Translations under genes and position numbers: made by a program
From: Chloroflexota bacterium
Lineage (GTDB): Bacteria; Chloroflexota; UBA11872; VXOZ01
DNA: 64,000 nucleotides
Direction: 5' to 3'
NCBI GenBank assembly: GCA_963663275.1
Contig: OY760183.1
Coordinates: 2,080,001-2,144,000, forward strand
Shown here: positions 1 through 9,723 of the stretch, in pieces
Position numbering within the stretch: position 1 is the stretch's first letter
How the letters are laid out: the number at the start of each line of letters is the position of its first letter
The notes under the pieces: model-generated
What the model saw: the letters and a program-made list of their open reading frames with translations, nothing else
Databases searched by the model: none
What the model was told of the DNA's origin: nothing

Positions 1-538
1 TATTGAGGAGGCAGATGACGATGACATCTCTTGGGGAGGGGATTTCATCGTCGAAGATTGCCCGGCCCACGCGCGACTTGACGAAGTCCGCCTCAGTGCC
101 TTCAAGGGAACCGTCCCGCTGGCCGCTCCGCCAGGCAGTGCGGGACATCGTCCAGAATTCGCCGTCGTGGTAATCGAGAATGTTCTCTTCAGCCAGGCGC
201 TCCAGCGTCTGTTCGAAGATCGGCCCCGCGCGAAAGACGAGCCGTTCGATCCAGTACTGCGCATTGTATTGCTCCGGCTCTTCCACGATTTTCGCCAGAA
301 TGGAATCCACGACTGGGTCGCCCGTCTCGGTCGGGTCCAGCACAGTGAGGGACTCCATATCCGTGTCAATCCGAGACTGCAAGAAGAGTTCCGCGAGTAC
401 GGCGCCAATGATAGCGCAGTTCAAGTCCCAACCGGGCACCTGCCGGAAGTAGCCGGTCTCCTCATTGAGGAGCATCAGGACGAGTTCCTCGGGTAGACTT
501 AGCCGGTAGACCGCTTTACCTGCCTCAATGAGACTCAT
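1..538 (-). CDS. GPP34/GOLPH3(Vps74)-family domain protein, 5' part only (runs off the window start)
   Basis: Not in the ORF track. Manual minus-strand translation from ATG 538: MSLIEAGKAVYRLSLPEELVLMLLNEETGYFRQVPGWDLNCAIIGAVLAELFLQSRIDTD...GDPVVDSILAKI...WIERL; open to position 1. 'LPEELVLMLL' and 'GAVLAEL' are GPP34-like. Confidence 0.7.
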   Translation of the reverse strand, partial: MSLIEAGKAVYRLSLPEELVLMLLNEETGYFRQVPGWDLNCAIIGAVLAELFLQSRIDTDMESLTVLDPTETGDPVVDSILAKIVEEPEQYNAQYWIERLVFRAGPIFEQTLERLAEENILDYHDGEFWTMSRTAWRSGQRDGSLEGTEADFVKSRVGRAIFDDEIPSPRDVIVICLLN

Positions 539-832
539 ATGCGCTTGCCTCCGCGTGTCGCTGCTTGAACTGGCCTTGCATTGGCGCCTTCCCCACTCCA
601 GAGTTTGCCTTGCGGTGAGGGCAACCCGAACAGGAGCAAACCGGAGAGGCCCCAGTTGTACGTGAAGGCAATCCTGCTGAGATGCAAAGGTACCGCACTC
701 CTCACAAACTGACCATACAATAACTGACTATACAATAGTAGCATACAATACACACCGGCTGGTATCATTATCAATGAATTTCGCGTATAGTAAGTTCTTG
801 AGTTCTTGAGTGATTGCGGAGAGCGCCAAACG

Positions 833-1873
833 ATGTCGACTCCACTCACACAGCCTGGGGACGCTTCATCGCTGTATCCGTTTCCCGAGGGCTGGTACTT
901 CATCGCCAGCCGCGGGGCCATAGAGCGAGAGAAGCTCATCCAGAAGACCTGGATGGGCGAGAACATCGTTGCCTATTGTGATGAGAATGGGCGCGTCTGC
1001 GTGGCCGGGGCCTACTGCCCCCACTTGGGCGCAGACCTTGGCCCGGCCGCCGGCGGGCGCGTGCGCGAAGGGCGGCTGGTCTGCCCTTTCCACGGCTATG
1101 AATTTGACGCCACCGGCACGTGCGTCGCCACTCCCTACGCGCCGCCGCCCCGGCACACGGGGCTGAGCGTATTCGAGACGCAGGAAATCGCCGGCATGAT
1201 CTTCGCCTGGTGGGGCATCGAGGGACGGGAGCCGCAGTGGACCCTGCCCGCGGATTCCATTGACGTAGAGGGATGGTGCGGCCTGGAGATGCGGACGGTT
1301 CGCTTTGCCGGCCATCCCCAGGAGACGTCGGAGAATGCGGTGGACCTGGCCCACCTGCGGTACATCCACGGCTTTGGCAACGTGGAGCGCGTCGAGCCGG
1401 TGTCGGTAGACGGGCCGCACCTCAGGAGCCGGTTCAACTTCAAGTCAACCCGCTCGATCGCGAAAGTCGGCTCTCTTACCTTCGATCTCACCGCCGACAC
1501 CCACGTCTACGGGCTGGGCTACTCGTTCGTGGACATTCGCGAGCGCTCGATCGGCATGGACATGCGTCTCTGGGTGCTTGCGACCCCGGTAGACGGCACC
1601 CTCATAGACGTGTGGCTGGCATCGCAGATACGGGAGTTGCGCAAGCCGAAGCGGTGGCTGGCCGGGCTGGGGTTTCTGCCCGTGGGGCTGCGCGCGCCGA
1701 TCATGAATAAGTTCACCGCGTCTCAACAACAGCGGGAAGTCTTGCAGGATGAGGTTATCTGGACCCGCAAGCGGTACCAGCCCCTACCGCGCCTCTGCCG
1801 CTCCGACGGCGAAATCACCCGGTACCGCCGCTACTGCGCCCAGTTCTACCCCGACGCTCAGGGTAGCAACTGA
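833..1873 (+). CDS. Rieske non-heme iron oxygenase (KshA / cholesterol 7-desaturase-like)
   Basis: Rieske ligands CPHLG...CPFHG; mononuclear Fe motif ENAVDLAHLRYIH; C-terminal QDEVIW...CRSDG. ATG 833 preferred over TTG 806. Confidence 0.85.
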   Translation: MSTPLTQPGDASSLYPFPEGWYFIASRGAIEREKLIQKTWMGENIVAYCDENGRVCVAGAYCPHLGADLGPAAGGRVREGRLVCPFHGYEFDATGTCVATPYAPPPRHTGLSVFETQEIAGMIFAWWGIEGREPQWTLPADSIDVEGWCGLEMRTVRFAGHPQETSENAVDLAHLRYIHGFGNVERVEPVSVDGPHLRSRFNFKSTRSIAKVGSLTFDLTADTHVYGLGYSFVDIRERSIGMDMRLWVLATPVDGTLIDVWLASQIRELRKPKRWLAGLGFLPVGLRAPIMNKFTASQQQREVLQDEVIWTRKRYQPLPRLCRSDGEITRYRRYCAQFYPDAQGSN

Positions 1874-1960
1874 CCCTCTACCGGGAATCGTATTCTCGAT
1901 TTTCCCCGCGCACGGTGTAGTTCACACTCGTTGCGCATTGACTCGCCGTGTCAGGCGGCG

Positions 1961-3319
1961 CTACGCCTTCCTGAAGCGCCAGCCGTACATGATGCTGCCG
2001 TAGTGATTGAACGTCCGCCTGGCGGCGGGATCGTCGAATGGGTAATCCGCGCCGAGTTGCCGCGCGGCGGCGAGCCCGGTGATGAGGCAGGTCTCCTGGC
2101 TGTTGATCAGCGTGTGCGCGCCGCAGTGCCACGAACGCCGCTTGCCCTGGATGAAGCGGAACAGGTTGACCAGCCAGGCAACGTGGCGCACGTCGTGCAC
2201 CACGTGCTGGAACCACCACCTCTTGATGATCTTCTCCTCATCGATACGGCTGATGGGGTTATAGGTGACCAGGCACGGCTTGTCGGAGCGCTTTGCCCAC
2301 GGCTGCTGGTTGTGCATGATGTAGGTGATTTCATAGTTGTCCGGCCGGGCGCCGTACTGTTCGATGTGGTTGCTCCGCGTGGTCAACGGCTTCACCGCGT
2401 TGTCGGGCAGCACCGAGGCGTCCGAATGCACGACGGTATGGTTGTGGAGTTCGCTCTCGTAGCGAATGGATGAGAGAATGTAGCGCTCCATGAAGGTGGG
2501 TCTATCGAGCATCATCAGCGTCTGGTTGGCGTTGCAGGCGAAGATCACCTGGTCGAACGCCTCCCGCACGCCGTCCTCATCCTCCACCACCACGCCGGAC
2601 GGCTGCCGGTACACCTTGCGCACCGGCCGCTCCAGGTAGATCTTATCTTGGAAACCCGCCGACAGGTTCTTGTAGATGCGCCGCGTTCCCTGGTCCCAGG
2701 TGTTCATGGGCGTCGCGGATTCGATGTCGAAGAACTCGAGATACCGCGCGAAGAGCGCCGCCGGCATGTCGAACACGTTAGTCGCCATCAGAAAGTTGAC
2801 GAACATGGGCTTGAGGATCTTGTACCGGAAGTCGCCGGAGTATCCACCCCAATTCAGGACCGTGCCCATGCTGACGTAGTTGAATGGGTTGATGGCGTTC
2901 AGCAACTTCGATTGGGCGCGGGTAAGCCCGCCAAACCAGTGCAGACGCCGCAAGAGTCTCTGAAACTGGGCAATCTCGCTTTGCAGTTGCGCTCTGATGT
3001 CGGAGTCGAAGTCGTGGGCGTACACGCGGCCGCGGTACTTCACGCTGTAGCTGAAGCGGGTATCGATCAGTTCGATGCCGAACTGTTCCATCAGCAGCAG
3101 CATGTGCTCGTACACCGACGGTATACAGGCCGTAACGGAAATGTCGAAGGGAATTGAACTGCCGTCGGCCTGAGGCATATCGGCCGTGATCGCGTTGCCG
3201 CCAATCCGATCATTGGCCTCGAATAACCGGAAGTCAAAGCGGTCCGGATGGTGGTGCAGCGCCCAAGCGGCGCCCAGCCCGGCAATGCCGCCGCCAACGA
3301 TGGCTATTCTCTGGGTCAT
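1961..3319 (-). CDS. FAD-dependent oxidoreductase (NAD/FAD-binding, amine-oxidase-like)
   Basis: N-terminal IAIVGGGIAGL...FEANDRIGG dinucleotide-binding motif; C-terminal QGKRRSWHCGA; 452 aa. Confidence 0.8.
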   Translation of the reverse strand: MTQRIAIVGGGIAGLGAAWALHHHPDRFDFRLFEANDRIGGNAITADMPQADGSSIPFDISVTACIPSVYEHMLLLMEQFGIELIDTRFSYSVKYRGRVYAHDFDSDIRAQLQSEIAQFQRLLRRLHWFGGLTRAQSKLLNAINPFNYVSMGTVLNWGGYSGDFRYKILKPMFVNFLMATNVFDMPAALFARYLEFFDIESATPMNTWDQGTRRIYKNLSAGFQDKIYLERPVRKVYRQPSGVVVEDEDGVREAFDQVIFACNANQTLMMLDRPTFMERYILSSIRYESELHNHTVVHSDASVLPDNAVKPLTTRSNHIEQYGARPDNYEITYIMHNQQPWAKRSDKPCLVTYNPISRIDEEKIIKRWWFQHVVHDVRHVAWLVNLFRFIQGKRRSWHCGAHTLINSQETCLITGLAAARQLGADYPFDDPAARRTFNHYGSIMYGWRFRKA

Positions 3320-3536
3320 TGTCCGCGCATCCTCGATGAAGACGGCCTTGCCGCCGAATTGGCCTGGCTAATCCTGTCTCCGCCGCCGTTTGAGAGCCGG
3401 TCGGCGGTGTCGGCGCGGCGACGTGCGCGCCCGGCGCTCTCTCAGTCACGCTAAACTTCCCGCTGCCGCAGAGAACGTCGAGCGCGGAGCGACGGTGTGA
3501 GAATGCTCGCTGCCCCCGCCACCCGCTATTGTACAC

Positions 3537-3905
3537 CTATGCCACAGCACGGGGCCGCGCCTGATGCACGCTCTCGGGGGTTTCGTCGTTGTAGGTTGTG
3601 AGCGATCCCGCGTGCGTGTGGGACGTGTTTATCATCACGTGCTCCGGCGGGATACCGGCGCGCTCTTCGATCAGCCATCGCACGTAGCGAACTTGCTGGA
3701 TGGGGAGCGCGCAGAGATCGCGGGTGACCAGGGCAAACGTAATGTCGCCGTCCGATGACTCCGGTGACCTCATCGCGAGCACTAACGACGTGGCGTAGAG
3801 GTCATCGCGGACGGCATCCGCGCCGTGCTCGCGGCCGCCGTAGCCAACGAGCGGCGTGCCGAGCGGCGGCGTGAGAGCGGCGCGACCGACACCGGCGTAG
3901 AGCAT
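3537..3905 (-). pseudogene. Truncated neutral/alkaline ceramidase-like N-terminal domain protein
   Basis: MLYAGVGRAALTPPLGTPLVGYGGR...DDLYATSLVL...INTSHTHAG matches the family start, but the frame stops after 122 aa. Confidence 0.65.
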
Positions 3906-3985
3906 GGCGTTGTTCTCCTGGGTGTAGAGCGTCGATTTTGCAGCGTTAAGCGAGTTTCGCGAGTGGCGTCCGCGATTTGTGCCGC

Positions 3986-4146
3986 GAGGCGGGGGACAAG
4001 CACACATGGTGTCGCATTGAGAAGTGGAGAGTTTCGAATAGGATCTGTCTAGACGGTGTGTCACCCGGTGTAGGGGCACGACATGTCGTGCCCCTACACC
4101 GGCGCGCGCCGCGTTGCAAGAGGCGGGGGACAAGCCCCCGCGCTAC
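3986..4146. repeat. REP-like cluster: GTAGCGCGGGGGCTTGTCCCCCGC-type copies plus a degenerate MITE-D left arm carrying a 38-bp perfect palindrome (4065-4102)
   Basis: ccggtgtaggggcacgacatgtcgtgcccctacaccgg is a perfect palindrome; 4005-4102 aligns with 12928-13022; REP copies at 3986-4001 and 4120-4146. Confidence 0.8.
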
Positions 4147-4212
4147 GGCTGACCCGAAAAAAGAGCGCGTCGGGCACGGCCAAGCGCCTCGAATACCGGC
4201 AACTGTAGTCTA

Positions 4213-5511
4213 TCAATCAGTCAGGAATAGTTCAACCACCGGCGTATGCGCGCCGGGGCGTTGGATGGGCAGTTCCAGCGTGAGCGTGTCCTCTCCAGCG
4301 CTGGGATAGCGGTGGTGCTGGGTAAAGTCGAAGGTCTTGACCTCGGAGCCGTCGTGCAGGAGTTGGGCGTAGCGCACGCGGTTGCGCAGGCCGGGCAGGT
4401 GCAGGTACTTGAGCGGCCACGTGAAGACGTGCAGGTAGAGGCGGTTGGTTGCCGGGTTGTAGGTGTAGCGGCAGTCGGTGGGCGGCGTAAATGGCGCTTG
4501 GGTGCAGCCGTAGATAGCGCGTCCGTGCTGCCGCATCCACGCGCCGATTTCCGCCAGCGTGGCTTGGGCGCGGGGATCGAACTCGCCGCGGGCGGTTGGC
4601 CCCACGTTCAGGAGCATGTTGCCGCCCTTGGAAACGCAGTCAATAAGCATCTCCACGAGCAGTTGCGGAGACTTCCAGTCCAGGTTGTCCCGGTGGTAGC
4701 CCCAGGAGCCGTTCAGGGTCTGGCAGGCTTCCCAGTTCACCGGCTTGCCGTCCACGTGCAGCCAACTGGGCGGGATGAACTGCTCGGGCGTGTGAAAGTC
4801 CTGCTCGATTTCGCTGCGGTTGTTGACGATGATGCCGGGGTTTATCTCCCGCACCATCCGGATGAGTTCCGCGCTCTGCCAGTCGTCTTTGCCCTTGCCC
4901 TTGCTCCAGCCGTAGTCCTGCTGCGAGTACGAGAAGTCGAGCCAGAGGAGGTCGATGGTACCGAACATGGTAAGGATTTCGCGCACTTGGCCGTGGAGGT
5001 ACGCCGCGTACTTGCGCACGTCGCGGTCTTTGGTGGCCTCCCGGAACGCCAGGTCGTTCGCCTGGGGATGGACGCCGTCCACGGGAAATTCGGGATGGTG
5101 CCAGTCGATGAGCGAGTAGTAGAAGCCGACTTTCAGGCCCTCGGCGCGAAAGGCCTCGACGAACGGTTTCAAGAGGTCGCGCTTGGCGGGCGTGTTCGTG
5201 GCTTTGTAGCCGGTGAGGTGGCTGTCCCACAGGCAGAAGCCGTCGTGGTGCTTGCTGGTGAGGACGACGTACTTCATGCCGGCCTCCCGCGCCGTGCGCG
5301 CCCAGGCCGCCGGGTCGTAGAGATCGGGGTCGAAGTTATCGAAGTACGGCTGGTAGTCCGCGTCGCTGATTTCTTCGTACTTCTTCACCCACTCGTGGCG
5401 GCCGGCCAGCGCGTAGATGCCCCAGTGAATGAAGAGGCCGAAGCGGTCGTGGGTCCACCAAGCAGTATTGCCCGGCGTCGGCTCGGGCCGGGGAATGGTC
5501 GTGTTCTTCAT
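4213..5511 (-). CDS. alpha-L-fucosidase (GH29)
   Basis: RFGLFIHWG, LTSKHHDGFCLW, YYSLIDWHHP, LLWLDF (nucleophile), GGNMLLNVGP. Confidence 0.93.
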   Translation of the reverse strand: MKNTTIPRPEPTPGNTAWWTHDRFGLFIHWGIYALAGRHEWVKKYEEISDADYQPYFDNFDPDLYDPAAWARTAREAGMKYVVLTSKHHDGFCLWDSHLTGYKATNTPAKRDLLKPFVEAFRAEGLKVGFYYSLIDWHHPEFPVDGVHPQANDLAFREATKDRDVRKYAAYLHGQVREILTMFGTIDLLWLDFSYSQQDYGWSKGKGKDDWQSAELIRMVREINPGIIVNNRSEIEQDFHTPEQFIPPSWLHVDGKPVNWEACQTLNGSWGYHRDNLDWKSPQLLVEMLIDCVSKGGNMLLNVGPTARGEFDPRAQATLAEIGAWMRQHGRAIYGCTQAPFTPPTDCRYTYNPATNRLYLHVFTWPLKYLHLPGLRNRVRYAQLLHDGSEVKTFDFTQHHRYPSAGEDTLTLELPIQRPGAHTPVVELFLTD

Positions 5512-5717
5512 CGATGCTGCTCCTCTCAGGCGCTTCCGTCCTTTCTCCCAAGCATAGCAGAGGCCGCGCGCGGCGGTTTGACGTGTGGAAAGTGTGTACT
5601 CTAAAATCTTTGTATTGTATAGGTACGTTCACTTTCCCGGTGGAAGCCGCGCCGCTGGCGTCCGGGTGGGGACACGTCTTTGCCAGGGTAACGGCCGGAT
5701 GCAAAAAGGGAGAAACA

Positions 5718-7404
5718 ATGTTCTCGGCTCACTTCGACTGCATGCGTAAGGCTGCTGTGTACGTGGCGGCTATCGGGCTAATTGCCGTGCTTGGGGCAGC
5801 GTGCGCGGTGCAGCCGGTTGCGGTCCCGGCGCCGCCGGCCGCACCGGACGAGGAAGCGCCCACGCTGGCGGAAGTGCCGGAGGATGACGATGACGCGCTC
5901 ACCCGGGCCTTCGTGGAGAATGCCATCGCATACTACAAGGAGAACGGGCTGGAGGCGACAATCGAGCGCTACAGCGACCCAAGCAGCCGGGAGGGCGAAC
6001 GCCAGTTGGACCTGCTCGACGCTGAGACGTATGTCGTGCTGGCATCGCCCGTCAACCATTTGATAGGGAACATGTTCGATTCGCACGCTCCCGGCGGGCC
6101 GTTCCACGGAGAGATAGAAAAGACTGGGGAGGAGGGCCGTTGGTTAGATGGGCTGATACCCAACCACGCGGCCGGGGGACAGCTGGAACCGGCGAGGATT
6201 TTCATAATGGTCCTGGACGGGCTGGTGTTCCGGGCGAGGCACTTCGTGGTGATCGAGAACGTAGCAGACACCACCAAAGAGTACGTCAACCGGGCCATCC
6301 GGTATTACGACGACAACGGCCTCGACGCTACGATCGCCTACTACAACAGCCGCGAAAGCTTCGACGGTCAGTTCTACCTGTTCATGATGGACGAGAACGA
6401 CATCTATCTGGTGCATCCATTCCTGCCGGACTTGATTGGCACGGACATCAAAGCGGTGACCAGTTCGGACAATCCCCAACTGGGGCCGGGAGATAGCGCA
6501 GGCGACCGCGGAAGGAATCTGGGTTGAGTACCTGTGGCCGAGCCCGGTCTCGCTGAACGAGGAGAGCAAGGTAACCTGGGCTGTCCGGCACGACGGGAAG
6601 ATATTCGCGTCGGGGTACTACGCCGGCAGGGAGGATCCCGAGACCCCGCCCTGGGTGGGAGCGGATCCGAGAGAGTACACGGTTGCGTACGTGAACCGGG
6701 CGATAGAGCGATACGAAGAGTTCGGTCTGGAGTCGGTGAAGGCGTACTACAACAGCGTGGCGAGTATCGAGGGCGAGTGGTATCTGTTCGCGACGGACGC
6801 CAGCGACATCTACGTGATACACCCTGTGTTCAGCCGCCTCGTCGGAACAGATATCAAGGACGTGGTGAGTTCGGACGGGTACGAGCTCGGCAAGGAGATA
6901 GCGCAGGCGACAGAGGAAGGCCACTGGATAGAGTATCCGTGGCCGCACCCGATAACGGAGGCGGAGACCCCGAAGGTGTCCTACGCCAAGAGGCACGACG
7001 GATACATTTTCGCATCGGGTTACTATCCGCTGCCGGATGACCCCGAGGGATACACCCGGAGTTACGTACAGAAGGCGATAGACATGTACGAGCGCGAGGG
7101 GCTTGAGGCGACGGTCGCACATTACAACAGCCGCGAGAGCATAGACGGCCAGTGGTACATGGTCATCATCGGCGAGGACGGGGAGACCTTAGTTGACGCT
7201 CGCCTTCCGGGCCACGTGGGGAAAGACGCAAGGGATTACGTTACCTCAGACGGATTCAACGTGGGCGAGGCGATACTGAAAGCTACCGAGGACGGCTACT
7301 GGTTCCAGAGGAGCATCGTCACTCCGGAGGCTTCCACCCAGATGAATGTCTGGGCAATCCGGCACGACGGGCTGGTCTTTTCGTCGGGCTACTTCGGCCA
7401 ATAG
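5718..7404 (+). pseudogene. Lipoprotein with four tandem single-Cache-like domains, interrupted by a +1 frameshift near 6482-6485
   Basis: Lipobox LGAAC. Repeated unit (T/K)xxYVxxAIxxYxxxGLxAT..YYN...GQ(F/W)Y(L/M)...RHDGxxFxSGY. Removing one G joins ORFs 5514..6527 and 6655..7404 into 561 aa. Confidence 0.8.
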
Positions 7405-7572
7405 GCGTCCGTTCCGATTGCATCCCCTGTCTCTGACTGGATCGGCAGGGAGATCAAGGACGTGGTAGGTGCGGAAGGTTTCGAGTTGGGCAAAGCCCTG
7501 GCTACGGAGGCGGACGGCGGGCGCGGGAGACGAACCCGCGCCCGGTCGTAAGGAGACTTTTCCATAGCTCCG

Positions 7573-8583
7573 TCACTCCGGCGAAAGCCGGAAGGTGGAT
7601 TCACATTTCAAGTGCAACACCTGGTTGATGAATACTTCGGCTGGCGTTTGGAAGTCAAGACACTTGCGCGGGGTGTGGTTGTAGGCGTGGACCAGTTGCG
7701 CAAAGCGTTGTTGGCTCACCTGTGCCAGGTCGGTCTTGCGCGGCAGCCGGCGCCGCAGGCGGCCGATGGCGTTCTCGATGCCCCCTTTCTGCCAGGGCGA
7801 GTGGGTATCGCAGAAGAAGGTTTGGATGCCCAAGTCATGGAGGCGGTAATGCTGTGCGAACTCCGTGCCATTGTCGAACGTGACGGTCTGGCTGCACGCT
7901 GGGGGCAGCGCGGCGAACAGGTCGTGCAGGATAGTGGCGATCGGCGCTGCCGCCTTGCCGGGCGGTCGCGCGGCCAGCAACAGGCGCGAGTGGCGCTCGT
8001 GCAGGGTCAAGACTGCTTGACCGTAGGTGCGAAAGAGCATCAGGTCCGCCTCCCAGTGGCCGGGCGTTTGGCGGTCTGCCGCCGCCTGGGGCCGTTCTGC
8101 CAGCGGTCGGCGCTGGGCAATGAACGAGGCCGGACTGCCGCCCTTTCGCCCGCGCCAGCCCCGTTTGGACTTGGCGCGCGGCAGGTAATGCCGCCAGTTA
8201 CCGTCCTTCGTGCGCGCCTGCTGCCCGTAGATGAAGCGATAGATGGTCTCGTGAGAGACGACCGGCGCGCCGTTCTCCCGCGCCAAACGTCCGGATACCT
8301 GCTCCGGCGACCAACAATCCCGCAAGTATCCCAACACCACCTCCCGCAACTCGGCATCCCGCTCCAGCTTGCTGCCGCGCCAGCACCGCGCCCACGCCTG
8401 ATCATCGGCATACTTTGGCTCATAGCCTGCCGATTGCGATCCATTTCGTTTCACCTCCCGCGAAATCGTCGATGGCGCGCGACCCAGAGTTGCAGCGATT
8501 TGCCGGTGCGAGGTTCTCGCGGTGAGAAGTCGGGCAATTTCACACCGCTCTTCAATGGTAAGTTGTGTGTATTGTTTTCCCAT
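7573..8583 (-). CDS. IS30-family transposase
   Basis: N-terminal HTH (YTQLTIEER...IAATLGRAPSTISREVKRN), WSPEQVSGRL, ETIYRFIY; DDE motifs GHWEADL / TFDNGTEF / KGGIEN. Confidence 0.95.
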   Translation of the reverse strand: MGKQYTQLTIEERCEIARLLTARTSHRQIAATLGRAPSTISREVKRNGSQSAGYEPKYADDQAWARCWRGSKLERDAELREVVLGYLRDCWSPEQVSGRLARENGAPVVSHETIYRFIYGQQARTKDGNWRHYLPRAKSKRGWRGRKGGSPASFIAQRRPLAERPQAAADRQTPGHWEADLMLFRTYGQAVLTLHERHSRLLLAARPPGKAAAPIATILHDLFAALPPACSQTVTFDNGTEFAQHYRLHDLGIQTFFCDTHSPWQKGGIENAIGRLRRRLPRKTDLAQVSQQRFAQLVHAYNHTPRKCLDFQTPAEVFINQVLHLKCESTFRLSPE

Positions 8584-8627
8584 GGCAACACCTTAGCAAA
8601 GTGTTGCACTTCGTTTGTGAGTCTAGG
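7594..8627 (-). mobile_element. IS30-family insertion sequence
   Basis: Imperfect IRs tggattcacatttcaagtgcaacac (7596-7620) and gtgttgcacttcgtttgtgagtcta (8601-8625); flanking GAA direct repeat (7591-7593, 8628-8630). Confidence 0.88.
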
Positions 8628-8704
8628 GAATCCAGACCGCACATACAACTAAGAGCAGCTTGCTTTCAAGCTATTTCACCCCCATCCCAACCTCCCCACT
8701 CAAT

Positions 8705-8854
8705 GGCGGACAGGGGTAGGCATTCTACATTCGACTTCACGTGTCATTCCGAGCGGAGCGCAGCGGAGAGAGGAATCTAAGGTTTTCGCTGCAAAAACGT
8801 CGGTACTAGATTCCTCGCTCCGCTCGGAATGACATTTGCCTACCCCTGTCAGCC
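8705..8854. mobile_element. MITE-B (GGCTGACAGGGG...CCCCTGTCAGCC ends) carrying a TGTCATTCCGAGCGGAGCG palindrome pair
   Basis: Terminal IR gcggacaggggtaggca / tgcctacccctgtcagc; flanking ctcaat(g) duplication; homologous copies at 34596, 39798 and 43565. Confidence 0.8.
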
Positions 8855-8930
8855 CTCAATGGGGAAGGGGCTTTGCGGGGGCATCCGGAAGGATCCCCGA
8901 GCTTGGCGGACGCCGTGCAATGCGCGCTCG

Positions 8931-9602
8931 CTAGCCGAACTCCTTCAGCTTCTGCACGGCTTCCACGACCGTCTCGAAATTGCCGCCGCCGAATTTGACG
9001 AAGCGGATCTGCCCTTGCCGGTCGATGCCGTAGAAGGACGGAAACGCGCGGTTGCCGAACGCGTTCCAGAGCACCAGGTCGTTGTCCACTACCACCGGAT
9101 AGGTGACGCCTAGGGCATCGGCCTGCTCCTTGATTTCGCTGATGTCATTGGAAGATCCGCGGTACGGAAAGTGGATGGTGATCAGCTTGAAGCGGTCATC
9201 GTGGTAGGTATCGAAGAGGTCCACCAAACTGGGGACTTCGCTGCGGCAAATCGGTCAGGTGTACGTCCAGAACACCACCATGGCCGCGGCCTTGCCCTCC
9301 AGGCTCGAGAGTTTAATGGGCTCAGAGTTGAACCAGCTTGTAAGATCGATTTCAGGCGCTTTGCCGAGCATGGGCAGGTCGAGTTCCGGCGCGGCGTCCG
9401 CCTGCTTCTCCGGCGCCGCCGTCGGCTGCGCCTGCGCCGGGGCCGCGGTGGGATCCGCCTTTGGTTGCGCTTTGCTCTCTTGTTCGGAACCGGCGGACTG
9501 CTCTTCTGTCGCGTCCGCTTCGTCCGATCCGCCGCCGCAGGCGGCCAGAGCGGTTACGGACGCGCCGCTGAGCAGTAGTGAAAGCATCGAGCGTCGTAGC
9601 AT
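8931..9602 (-). CDS. Selenocysteine-containing thioredoxin-fold (TlpA/ResA/DipZ-like) lipoprotein, UxxC active site
   Basis: ORFs 9255..9602 and 8931..9227 are in one frame. Reading TGA 9257-9255 as Sec gives VVFWTYT-U-PI-C-RSEVPSL...YPVVVDND...AFPSFYGIDRQGQIRF. Lipobox LAAC; selB is in the window. Confidence 0.85.
9212..9240 (-). promoter_or_regulatory. Putative bacterial SECIS element
   Basis: mRNA CGAAG-UCC-CCA-GUU-UGG-U-GGA-CCU-CUUCG folds into a hairpin starting 14 nt after the UGA, with a G-U at the start of the apical loop. Confidence 0.6.
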
Positions 9603-9723
9603 CGTTCTCGTCTCCTTGCTAATGCCGCTTCGTAGTCGCCATTGGCTGCGCCGAGCGGTTCAATTCAACACCGGTAGCACGTGCCGGTTGGCGCCCGCGC
9701 CGGCGAGCGCCGGTCACGCGCCG

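Larger units (their letters stand above)
7552..8886. mobile_element. MITE-A copy (GGAGAC(C/T)TTTGCATA-type ends) interrupted by IS30 and by MITE-B
   Basis: 7552-7593, 8628-8704 and 8855-8886 together align with the uninterrupted copy at 22788-22929; the right end is degenerate. Confidence 0.75.

Noticed and set aside
167-496. Plus-strand 109-aa ORF
   Set aside because: Shadow of the minus-strand GPP34-like gene starting at 538.
7402-7404. TAG read-through (pyrrolysine) in the Cache protein
   Set aside because: The downstream in-frame segment is only a partial, decayed repeat, and no pyl genes were seen.
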